Shown here: positions 17,591-26,110 of the stretch, piece after piece
Layout of the letters: every line of letters begins with the position of its first letter
Numbering within the stretch: the first letter of the stretch is position 1
Assembly: GCA_038064735.1 (NCBI GenBank)
Contig: JBBTSI010000001.1
Coordinates: forward strand, 22,012-86,011
DNA from: Patescibacteria group bacterium
Lineage (GTDB): Bacteria; Patescibacteriota; Minisyncoccia; Phycocordibacterales; WO2-35-19
DNA length: 64,000 nucleotides
Direction: 5' to 3'
The notes under the pieces: generated by a model
What the model was told of the DNA's origin: nothing
The model's database searches: none
What the model saw: the letters and a program-made list of their open reading frames with translations, nothing else
Translations under genes and position numbers: made by a program

Positions 17591-19966
17591 ATGAAAAAAC
17601 TCACCTATACTATTGTCTTTCTCATTCTTTTAGCTACTGTTTTGTATTTATTTTCTTCAAATTTGGAAAATTCAGAGATTTTAAAACTTTCAAATGGAGA
17701 AGTTGTTAAAATTCAAAACATTGATGAAAATATTGGTGAAGATATTATCATAAAATCTGACAAATCCGAGTATAAAAGTCCGACTTCAGCTGAAATATAT
17801 TTGTCGGTTGCTGGTGGCAAAACGGACGAAACAAAATTCGTTCAATTTCTCTTTCCTATTGATGGTTCCAAGATTGAAAAAGTAGAAATAAAAAATGGTG
17901 ATGTCTGGGAACCTTTGGTAGTATCCAGTGGTTCGATTGAAAGTTCTCATTCAGACGAAATCATTGAGGCTATAAAAAAACAAAAAGGAATTCCTGAAAC
18001 ACATAGTTCAATCGGATTCGTAAGTCTCATCAATACCACCGGAACCTCAATTCTCCGACTCACTATTTCATATCCTGAAAAAACGATGGGTGAATTTTGG
18101 GTGGAAGCTTTTGGAAATAAAGGTTCCTATGGTCTCCTCGACCCCTCATATGGTTATGACCCTACTCTTGTTGGTTATTGGAAATTTGATGAAGGCTCGG
18201 GAAATGTGACCGGTGACTCATCCGGAAACAACAATACCGGCTCTATAACTGGGGCTACTTGGACGAGTGGAAAGTTGGGGAAAGCATTGAATTTTACAAG
18301 TTCGCAGAATAATTATGTGAACTTGGGTCAACCGGTGTCTTTGCAGATTACCGGCGCTATGACTATTTCTGCTTGGGTGAAGCAAGCTTCTTTGACTGAT
18401 TATAATCAGATTGTTTCAAAAGCAGCTTCCAGTGGTCAACGAGGTTGGGGACTCAGATGTTCTTCTTCTAATACAACTTGTGAATTTCATATTGCTTCTG
18501 ATACTGATACTCAAATTCATGTTGGTAGTGATACATCGGGTATATCAAAAACCGGAGTATGGATGCATCTAGTTGGTGTTTACACCCCTTCAGTTTCTCT
18601 TGAAATTTATAAAGATGGTGTTTTGGTTGAAAGAGATATTGCTAGTATTCCTGCATCTCAATTTGATCAAGCAGTAAACGCTAGTATTGGTTCGCGTTCA
18701 AATGCCAGTCTCTTTTTTGATGGATCCATTGATGATGTGCGTATCTACAACCGTGCTCTATCAGGAACAGAGGTGGTAAAATTGTATAAAAGTGGAGTTA
18801 CGAAATTGTATAAAACTGGTACGGCAAAAATAAATTCTTCCCAGGTTGGGAAGATAAAGGATGGTTTAATTGGTTATTGGACATTTGATGGAAAAGATTT
18901 AAGCGGTACCAATGCTTACGACCGCTCACCAGTTGGTACTAACACAGGCACTATCACTGGTGCAGTTACTACTATTGGTAAAGCGGGTCAGGCGCTTAAG
19001 TTTGATGGAACCTCTGCTTATGTTAGTTCTGGTAATGTCTCTAACAGTTTACGAACTATTACATTTTGGATCAAAACTCCGGGTACGGCCGATACAACTT
19101 ATTTTAAAGGTAATTTAGATGATATTCGTTTTTATAATCGCGTTCTTTCTGTTTCGGAAATCAAACAGCTTTATAATATGGTAGGGACAGCACCCGCCCT
19201 TTCTTCAGCTAGTCCGACTGCTAAGATCTTAGATTTAGATGGCGGTACTACTTATGTAGATGTTGTAAACGGCACGATTACTCCACACAATTTTTCTGGG
19301 ACTATTTATGTTGATGGCGTAGTTTCATCTACTATAGACGACAGTTGGCGTTTTGTTGTTATTACTACCGATTCAACTGTCAACGCCAGTGCTGTGGCAA
19401 TGGGGAGAGTAGGATCACCTTCTTTGGTGGTTACTGATGATTTTCTCGGAAGTGCTAACCCACTTGGTGGTGATTGGACTACTGCTGTAGGAACAAGTGC
19501 AATGAAAAAAGTCTCCAATGAGGCAGGTGGAAGTGCACCTAATGCTACTAATGCAGCTTATTGGAATGCTAATGTATTTAACAATGATCAGTATGCTCAA
19601 ATCAAAGCACTGGGTTGGGGAGGCGGTGGTTATGATAGTCCTGGAGTCATACTTCGTCACAATGGTTCTGATTTTTATACCGTTTATGTAAACTATAATG
19701 CTAGTAGAATATATTTTACTCGCTACAATGGAGGAGCTTACACAAATGTTGGGGGAACTTCGTACACCACTTATACCTTTACTGCTGGTCATACATTAAG
19801 AGCAGAAATTGTTGGAAATGTAATAACTGCTTATGATGACGGAGGCGTTATTAGTACAAGGACAGTGACTGGCGCAGATATTATATCTTCAGGTAGCCCT
19901 GGTTTGTATTGTTATTCTGGAGATACAACTATGCGTATTGATGATTTTGAAGCGGGGGATTTGTAG
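17591..19966 (+). CDS. Secreted LamG / concanavalin-A-like jelly-roll protein (two LamG_3-like modules plus a C-terminal domain shared with the 9410 gene)
   Basis: Signal anchor. GxWxHLVGVY...DGSIDDVRIYNRALSGTEV and LDDIRFYNRVLSVSEI are the hallmark ends of Laminin_G_3-type modules. The C-terminal ~185 aa (LVVTDDFLGSANPLGGDW...NNDQYAQ...IDDFEAGDL) are homologous to the 9410 protein C-terminus. Confidence 0.55.
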   Translation: MKKLTYTIVFLILLATVLYLFSSNLENSEILKLSNGEVVKIQNIDENIGEDIIIKSDKSEYKSPTSAEIYLSVAGGKTDETKFVQFLFPIDGSKIEKVEIKNGDVWEPLVVSSGSIESSHSDEIIEAIKKQKGIPETHSSIGFVSLINTTGTSILRLTISYPEKTMGEFWVEAFGNKGSYGLLDPSYGYDPTLVGYWKFDEGSGNVTGDSSGNNNTGSITGATWTSGKLGKALNFTSSQNNYVNLGQPVSLQITGAMTISAWVKQASLTDYNQIVSKAASSGQRGWGLRCSSSNTTCEFHIASDTDTQIHVGSDTSGISKTGVWMHLVGVYTPSVSLEIYKDGVLVERDIASIPASQFDQAVNASIGSRSNASLFFDGSIDDVRIYNRALSGTEVVKLYKSGVTKLYKTGTAKINSSQVGKIKDGLIGYWTFDGKDLSGTNAYDRSPVGTNTGTITGAVTTIGKAGQALKFDGTSAYVSSGNVSNSLRTITFWIKTPGTADTTYFKGNLDDIRFYNRVLSVSEIKQLYNMVGTAPALSSASPTAKILDLDGGTTYVDVVNGTITPHNFSGTIYVDGVVSSTIDDSWRFVVITTDSTVNASAVAMGRVGSPSLVVTDDFLGSANPLGGDWTTAVGTSAMKKVSNEAGGSAPNATNAAYWNANVFNNDQYAQIKALGWGGGGYDSPGVILRHNGSDFYTVYVNYNASRIYFTRYNGGAYTNVGGTSYTTYTFTAGHTLRAEIVGNVITAYDDGGVISTRTVTGADIISSGSPGLYCYSGDTTMRIDDFEAGDL

Positions 19967-20003
19967 TTTGATATGGATAATTTATTGATGATATAATAAT
20001 AAA

Positions 20004-21194
20004 ATGAAAAAACTTATTCTGATAATTATTTTTGCATTATTTGTATCAATTCCGGAAGCAAAAGCAGTGGTAGTTTTCGAAGATAGTTTTGATGAGCACA
20101 ATGATTGGGAGATGGATACTCAATTAACTTATCCTAATGCAGTTAATTGTTTTCTAGGAAATTGCCCATGGACAAACCAACCACCTTCAGGGTGGACCGT
20201 TGGTCGCATTGGTGGATATATGACTGATGGTGGGTGTTCAAATCCGGGCAACAAATTGATGTATATTGATCAATATGCTGGATACCCAACAGAAACAAAT
20301 AGTTGTAATGGTAGTTCTGGAAAGTGTTTAACTTTTTGGGCGGAATCTTGCGGATCTTCCGCTTTTGATAACTCTGATGGAGATATGGGTTTTGATTTAG
20401 GTTCACCATATCAAGAGTTGTATGTGAGATTTTATATGAAATTTAAAAATGGTTGGCTATGGGGTCAAGGTGGTCAAGGTGGAGGAGATTATCCACAAAT
20501 GAAGCTTGGCCATTATCAGTATTGGGATGGAGTGAGTAATCCTTGGGTATATTTTAATGGTGATATAAATTGGCCAGCAACAGTCCCAGGACTTCAGGGC
20601 TATGACCCAACAGACGGCCATCGTTGGACGCTCGCAGTTAGGCCTTATTGTCACGATAATCATAATTCCAATTGTCGTTATACTGGGACACCAGGTCAAA
20701 CTTGGCTTGGAGAACAAGCTGATGCTTCGGGTTTTATACAAACTGATACGAGTGGAGATTTTTATGCCAGAGGAAATTTCACAGCTTCGAATGCCGGAAT
20801 AATGGATGGTGCGTGGCATCAAGTCACTCTCCGTATAAAAACTAATACTTGGAACGGGAGTTCGTGGAATGCTGATGGAGTTTATCAATTTTGGTTAGAT
20901 GATGTTTTGCAGGTCTCGAGGAGTAATGTGATGTGGTTTGGGACAACCGCTGGTGGCACAGCCGAAAACCCACCCGTCAGAGGTTTTAGATTAATTTCTT
21001 TTGGTGGTAATACCAACAATTATTTCGCTACTTCTGGTACTAATGCTGGAGGAAATAGAGAACAATGGTATTCTTTAGACGATATTATTGTTAGCACTAC
21101 CGCTATCCCAGGTGATTATGTAATAGGTGGTGGCACTCCTCCTCCCGCTGATACCACCGCACCTTCCGCTCCCACCGGCGTTGCGGTACAATAA
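20004..21194 (+). CDS. Secreted ConA/LamG-like jelly-roll protein, paralog P1 of a 5-member tandem family, tail ...GGGTPPPADTTAPSAPTGVAVQ
   Basis: Signal peptide. Family motifs AVVVFEDSFD, CNGSSGKC, LYVRFYMKF, GAWHQVTLRIKTN, DGVYQFWLDDV, EQWYSLDDIIVSTT. Conserved C-terminal tail ends exactly at the stop. Confidence 0.5.
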   Translation: MKKLILIIIFALFVSIPEAKAVVVFEDSFDEHNDWEMDTQLTYPNAVNCFLGNCPWTNQPPSGWTVGRIGGYMTDGGCSNPGNKLMYIDQYAGYPTETNSCNGSSGKCLTFWAESCGSSAFDNSDGDMGFDLGSPYQELYVRFYMKFKNGWLWGQGGQGGGDYPQMKLGHYQYWDGVSNPWVYFNGDINWPATVPGLQGYDPTDGHRWTLAVRPYCHDNHNSNCRYTGTPGQTWLGEQADASGFIQTDTSGDFYARGNFTASNAGIMDGAWHQVTLRIKTNTWNGSSWNADGVYQFWLDDVLQVSRSNVMWFGTTAGGTAENPPVRGFRLISFGGNTNNYFATSGTNAGGNREQWYSLDDIIVSTTAIPGDYVIGGGTPPPADTTAPSAPTGVAVQ

Positions 21195-21242
21195 GATAAA
21201 GATATTTGTAATTTGTTAAATATAAAAATTAAATTAAATAAT

Positions 21243-22925
21243 ATGAAAGATAGAAAATTATTTGTGTTGATGGTAGTGGTGATAGTAACTTTTTCTTTTT
21301 GTCGAGAAGTTTATGCCGGTTCGGCGACTATTTTGTGGAACGCCAATAATGAGTCAGATTTGGTGGGTTACAGGATCTATTATGGAACATCTGCAAGAAC
21401 TGGGGTTAATCCCGGTAGAGGTTCTTATGCTCCACTACCAAAATGTGGCTCATGTGGTTATACCAGTAGCCAAACAGTTATAGGTACCACCTCGTATACT
21501 TTTAATAATTTAACTGACGGTTTGACTTATTATTTTTCTGTTTCTGCTTATGATAATGTGGGCAATGAAAGTAGCTTTTCTCCTGAAGTAAGTAAAAATA
21601 TTCCGGTGGTTGATTCAACTGCTCCAACCATCCCAACCAATCTTTCAGCTACAGCTATATCAAGTTCGGCAATCAATTTAACTTGGACAGCTTCTACCGA
21701 TGCTGTTGGTGTAAGAGAATACAGAATTTATCGTTGTCAAACTTCAAGTTGCATAGCTACGACTCAAATAGGCACCTCAAATGTTAATTCATATTTCAAT
21801 ACTGGTCTTTCTGCTAACACAATGTATAGCTATCGAATCAGGGCTTATGATGCTGTTGGTAATGTAAGTGGTTATTCTTCTGCTGCTAGTGCTACTACCC
21901 AGGCACAGGCTGATGTTACTGCTCCAACCATCCCAACCAATCTTTCAGCTACAGCTATATCTTCATCACAAATCAATCTAACTTGGACTCAATCAACAGA
22001 TAATGTAGGTGTAACAGGTTATAGGATATATAGAAATGGTTCTCAAATAAATACTTCAGCTAACAATTCATACTCTAATACTAATCTTTCTCCAGCAACT
22101 CAATATTCATACACAGTGGTAGCTTATGATGTAGTAGGAAATACTTCAGTTCAGAGCAATCCTGTATCAGCTACAACTCAGTCAGAAATAATCACACCTC
22201 CTCTATCAAATCAACCTTCAACCAAATTTGCACCAGAGCAAAGAGTTCAAACTATATCAAATCTTAATGTTAGAACTTCAGCTTCTGTTTCAGGGACTCT
22301 TTTAGGTAATCAACCTTTAGGTTCTTTGGGAACTATAGTAGGTGAGGGTCAGTTTATTGATGGATATTATTGGTGGAATGTAAATTATGATTCAGGTGTA
22401 GATGGGTGGTCAGTAGAAAATTATCTCATAGGTTATATTACACTTCCTGTTACATCTTCGGATAAATTTGATATAGGTTCAAGGGTTAATACTACAACCA
22501 AACTGAAAGTCAGACTTACTCCAACCATTAAAGGTAAATCTCTTTGTGTTCAGTATAATAATGCTCGTGGAACAGTTATAAGTGGGCCAGTAGTTTCTAA
22601 TGGATATACTTGGTGGAATATAAATTATGATGTTTTTTGTGATGGGTGGAGTGTACAGGATTATCTTTCTTTGATGCCGATTTCCGTCAGTGATTTTATA
22701 GACTATCCTTTATCTAAAGGTTCGAGAGGGGATCAAGTTGGAAATCTCCAAAAATTATTAACCAAACTTGGGTTCTTTAAAGAAGAAATTACGGGATATT
22801 TTGGACCAATTACAGAGACTGCTGTTATGAATTTTCAAGCTGCAAATAATATATCCACCGTTGGTATCGTTGGTCCAAAAACTAAAGCTTTGTTATTAAA
22901 AATGATAGAGGATATAAATTGGTAA
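21243..22925 (+). CDS. Secreted FN3 x3 - SH3b x2 - peptidoglycan-binding domain protein
   Basis: Signal peptide (start taken at MKDRKLF). FN3-like units (SATILWNANNESDLVGYRIYYG; TAPTIPTNLSATAISSS[A/Q]INLTW twice). Two SH3b-like modules (GYYWWNVNYDSGVDGWSVENYL; GYTWWNINYDVFCDGWSVQDYL). C-terminal PG-binding-like domain (GDQVGNLQKLLTKLGFF...GYFGPITETAVMNFQAANN). Two 46-bp exact internal repeats at about 21619 and 21919. Confidence 0.55.
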   Translation: MKDRKLFVLMVVVIVTFSFCREVYAGSATILWNANNESDLVGYRIYYGTSARTGVNPGRGSYAPLPKCGSCGYTSSQTVIGTTSYTFNNLTDGLTYYFSVSAYDNVGNESSFSPEVSKNIPVVDSTAPTIPTNLSATAISSSAINLTWTASTDAVGVREYRIYRCQTSSCIATTQIGTSNVNSYFNTGLSANTMYSYRIRAYDAVGNVSGYSSAASATTQAQADVTAPTIPTNLSATAISSSQINLTWTQSTDNVGVTGYRIYRNGSQINTSANNSYSNTNLSPATQYSYTVVAYDVVGNTSVQSNPVSATTQSEIITPPLSNQPSTKFAPEQRVQTISNLNVRTSASVSGTLLGNQPLGSLGTIVGEGQFIDGYYWWNVNYDSGVDGWSVENYLIGYITLPVTSSDKFDIGSRVNTTTKLKVRLTPTIKGKSLCVQYNNARGTVISGPVVSNGYTWWNINYDVFCDGWSVQDYLSLMPISVSDFIDYPLSKGSRGDQVGNLQKLLTKLGFFKEEITGYFGPITETAVMNFQAANNISTVGIVGPKTKALLLKMIEDINW

Positions 22926-22933
22926 TAACATTA

Positions 22934-23875
22934 ATGAAATTTAAAACTAAAACTAAAATTCTAATTTTTTTGCCAGTTGTCTTTTTCAGTTTTTTCTTGT
23001 TTGCCAATATTTCTTTGGCCGCAATAACTTTTACTGATGGGTTTTGGAATACTTCCTTTGTTGGTTGTACTTCAGGTGATGCCGGTTATGGAGACATTTG
23101 TGATGGTTTGCAAACTGATGATCCGGTTTATGCTTGTACTTCTGGAGGAGCTAATCTCCGTTCTCAAATTACAACTCTGGCTAACTATGCTTCTGGTGCC
23201 GGTTCACAAGGTTATAGATTTTTCCAAGGTGATACACGTAATGAAGATTCATCATCTATGTCTATCAGATTTTCTCCTGTTCAACCAGAAGTTTGGGTTC
23301 GCTATTATACTCGTTACCCCGCTGGTCAAAGTTGGGCGGGAATATTGGAGCATAAAATGATTTATGCTTTTGCTAATGGCGGAGTGGCTATGAATGTTAA
23401 TTTTCCTCAAGGTATGAATAGTATAGGAATAAATCCAAGAGGTACCATGAATAATCCTGATATTTATATAAATGGTTGGGGTTGGAATAATTTATACGGT
23501 AGTGATGTTGGCGACGGTTCTTGGCATCTTTATGAACATCATTTCAAACTAGGCAACAGCGGACAAAATAATGGAGTGTATCAATTTTGGGTTGATGGGA
23601 TAATCCGTGTAAATAGACAAGATATGGACTTTTTCAACGGTGGTGCCGCTAGTCCTACTGGTTGGGATCATATTTATATTCCTTCCAACCATAATGTTTC
23701 CACTTTGGCAGGCTGTAACGGAATTGATGTTGATGATGTGGCAATAGCAGATCCAAATTATGCGAGCTTCATACAAGATGCTGGTGGCAGAAATATGATC
23801 GGTGGGGTAAATTTGTCTCCTCCTCCCCCTGATACCACTGCACCTTCCGCTCCGACAGGTGTTGCGGTACAATAA
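22934..23875 (+). CDS. Secreted jelly-roll protein, paralog P2 (most divergent), tail ...SPPPPDTTAPSAPTGVAVQ
   Basis: Signal peptide MKFKTKTKILIF.... Shares WH...YQFWVDG and the identical C-terminal tail and stop context with P1 and P4. Confidence 0.5.
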   Translation: MKFKTKTKILIFLPVVFFSFFLFANISLAAITFTDGFWNTSFVGCTSGDAGYGDICDGLQTDDPVYACTSGGANLRSQITTLANYASGAGSQGYRFFQGDTRNEDSSSMSIRFSPVQPEVWVRYYTRYPAGQSWAGILEHKMIYAFANGGVAMNVNFPQGMNSIGINPRGTMNNPDIYINGWGWNNLYGSDVGDGSWHLYEHHFKLGNSGQNNGVYQFWVDGIIRVNRQDMDFFNGGAASPTGWDHIYIPSNHNVSTLAGCNGIDVDDVAIADPNYASFIQDAGGRNMIGGVNLSPPPPDTTAPSAPTGVAVQ

Positions 23876-23880
23876 TAACT

Positions 23881-24993
23881 ATGAAAACAAAAAATAAAAT
23901 ATTAATTTGTTTGCCGGTAATATTTTTGGGTTTTTTCTTATTTGCTAATACTTCTAAAGCAGTAGTACTTTTTGAAGATAGTTTTGATTCGCAAGCGGAT
24001 TGGACGAGAGAGCAACCTAATAGTGGGACTGAAAGTTACACTCCTCCTACTGATTGGACTGATGCGTGGCATGAGTCATCTATTTTTACAAAATCATCAA
24101 CATTGGGGACAAAGGGTGAACCTACAATGAGTATTAGAAATGGAGCAGGGTATACCTATGGTGGGACAGGGAAAGCTTTTGTTTATCATCACGAGGCAGG
24201 AGAAGATTCTTTTTGCGCGCCTTTCGAGTGGTGTTCGGATGGCCTAACGGGAAAATCGTTAGTCGGAACTAATTGGACGCAGGGTTATGATGAAATTTAT
24301 ATACGTTTCAGAATGAAATTACAACCAGGATGGCAATGGAAAACATCAACAACTGGATCAATGAAAATGTTGCATGTTAGTCATTATAGTGGTACAGGTT
24401 CGCTTCATGATTTTCATTCATTAAATGAAAATAAACCCCGAATGGTTGCGGTTTTGCAACGAGACGTTGATTGGCAAAGGGTTCGGTTAATGACTCTTGA
24501 TTCTGCTCTGCCACCTATTGCTCCTAGTGAATACTACTATGATCCATATAACCAAGTTTACACTGGAGAAGGTGATCCTGGAGATACACAAGGGTGCCAA
24601 TGGGGCACACAAAACTGTATTCAGGCAGGAGTATGGCACACATATGAATTTCGTTTGAAGATGAATAGTGCTATGGATGTAGCAGATGGTATTATGCAAT
24701 TTTGGGTTGATGGCGTAATGGAAGGATCAAAAACCAATATTAATTGGGTCAGTGAGAACAATGTAGGCGGAGATGCTAATCCAGCGAATTATAGATGGAA
24801 TTATGTTTGGCTGGGTGGCAATAATTATAACGGTTATACTTCGCGTTCTGCTTTAAGTGAACAATGGTACGCTATAGATGATTTTGTTATTTCCACCACT
24901 TATGTCGGTCCTGATTATATAATAGGTGGCGGTACTCCTCCTCCAGTTGACACCACCCCACCTTCCGCTCCCACTGGGGTTGAGGTACAATAA
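23881..24993 (+). CDS. Secreted jelly-roll protein, paralog P3, tail ...IGGGTPPPVDTTPPSAPTGVEVQ
   Basis: Signal peptide MKTKNKILICLPVIF. The first ~40 aa are near-identical to P5 at the nucleotide level. Family motifs GVWHTYEFRLKMNS, DGIMQFWVDGV, EQWYAIDDFVISTTYVGPDYIIGGG. Confidence 0.5.
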   Translation: MKTKNKILICLPVIFLGFFLFANTSKAVVLFEDSFDSQADWTREQPNSGTESYTPPTDWTDAWHESSIFTKSSTLGTKGEPTMSIRNGAGYTYGGTGKAFVYHHEAGEDSFCAPFEWCSDGLTGKSLVGTNWTQGYDEIYIRFRMKLQPGWQWKTSTTGSMKMLHVSHYSGTGSLHDFHSLNENKPRMVAVLQRDVDWQRVRLMTLDSALPPIAPSEYYYDPYNQVYTGEGDPGDTQGCQWGTQNCIQAGVWHTYEFRLKMNSAMDVADGIMQFWVDGVMEGSKTNINWVSENNVGGDANPANYRWNYVWLGGNNYNGYTSRSALSEQWYAIDDFVISTTYVGPDYIIGGGTPPPVDTTPPSAPTGVEVQ

Positions 24994-24998
24994 TAGTG

Positions 24999-26105
24999 AT
25001 GAAATCTAAAATTTTAATTTGTCTAGTTATCTTTTTTGGTTTTTTCTTTTTCGCCAAAAGTTCTTTAGCGGTGGTAATTTTTGAAGATAGTTTTGATTCG
25101 CAAGTGAATTGGACTCGTACTCAATCTCAAAGTCAGGCTTATTCTTGTTACGCCGGCAATTGCAGTTTGCCCACAGGTTGGAGCGCTATTTATGATGGGT
25201 TTACTTATTTGGCGAATAGTTTTAATAATCTTTACTTAAATACGAATGCTGGTTTTCCAAGAACTACTACCGATATTTCTTGCAATGGTGGCTCTGGCAA
25301 ATGTCTAACTTTTTTTGATGAATCAAACATTCAATGTTCACATGATTGTTCTGACGGTAATCTTGGTGTTGATTTAGGTCAGTCGTATAACGAATTATAC
25401 GTGAGATTTCATGTAGCTTTTGAACAAAATTATCAGTGGCAGGATACCAATCCGGGTGAAAAATTTTATCATCTTCAATATTGGGATGGTCCGACCGATT
25501 CGCCTTGGCATTATCACACTTGGAATTCATCTAATACCAAACCATTTGGTATAGGCGGGCTTTTATATTACGGCGGGCATTTATATTATTATGTTGGCTA
25601 CGCGTGCGAAATGAATATAGGTTGTTATGGAAATCCTTCAAGAACTTCTGATGTTCCGGGAGACGAAAACAATATGGATTATATTGATTTAGGAAGTGTA
25701 CAAAATTTGCGTTTGCCGGGGAATTTATTTGATGGGGGGTGGCATAGTTGGGAAATAAATTATAGTTTGAATTCTTCTATCGGCACTTCAGATGGCAAAC
25801 ATAGATTTTGGTTAGATGGTAATTTGATTTATGATTCCAATACTCATAATGGCGGAATTCCTTTTGGAGATGTGGGTGCTCAAGCTAGTCCAAGAAAAGG
25901 TTTTAGATTTTTTGCTCTTGGTGGTAACAATAATAATCTTTGGAATGCTAGTTGTACTGGTACTGATTGCGAACAATGGAGGGCTTTTGATGATGTGGTT
26001 ATTTCCACCACTTATGTCGGTCCTGATTATACAATAGGTGGCGGTACTCCTCCTCCAGTTGACACCACCGCACCTTCCGCTCCCACCGGTGTTGCGGTAC
26101 AATAA
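24999..26105 (+). CDS. Secreted jelly-roll protein, paralog P4, tail ...IGGGTPPPVDTTAPSAPTGVAVQ
   Basis: Signal peptide MKSKILICLVIFF. Motifs CNGGSGKCLTFF, LYVRFHVAF, GGWHSWEINYSLNS, EQWRAFDDVVISTTYVGPDYTIGGG. Confidence 0.5.
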   Translation: MKSKILICLVIFFGFFFFAKSSLAVVIFEDSFDSQVNWTRTQSQSQAYSCYAGNCSLPTGWSAIYDGFTYLANSFNNLYLNTNAGFPRTTTDISCNGGSGKCLTFFDESNIQCSHDCSDGNLGVDLGQSYNELYVRFHVAFEQNYQWQDTNPGEKFYHLQYWDGPTDSPWHYHTWNSSNTKPFGIGGLLYYGGHLYYYVGYACEMNIGCYGNPSRTSDVPGDENNMDYIDLGSVQNLRLPGNLFDGGWHSWEINYSLNSSIGTSDGKHRFWLDGNLIYDSNTHNGGIPFGDVGAQASPRKGFRFFALGGNNNNLWNASCTGTDCEQWRAFDDVVISTTYVGPDYTIGGGTPPPVDTTAPSAPTGVAVQ

Positions 26106-26110
26106 TAACT

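Noticed and set aside
20004-21300. Stop-codon readthrough fusing paralog P1 to the downstream FN3 protein
   Set aside because: The downstream gene has its own RBS-like region, start codon and full signal peptide. The ~50-bp spacer is AT-rich with stops in all frames.
23820-23885. Apparent one-base frame inconsistency when reading the P2/P3 junction by hand
   Set aside because: My manual base counting near 23.82 kb disagreed by 1 nt with the ORF track. Track coordinates verified elsewhere (20004, 21194, 24993, 26105, 26111) are self-consistent, so I treat this as my counting error, not a genuine frameshift or pseudogene.
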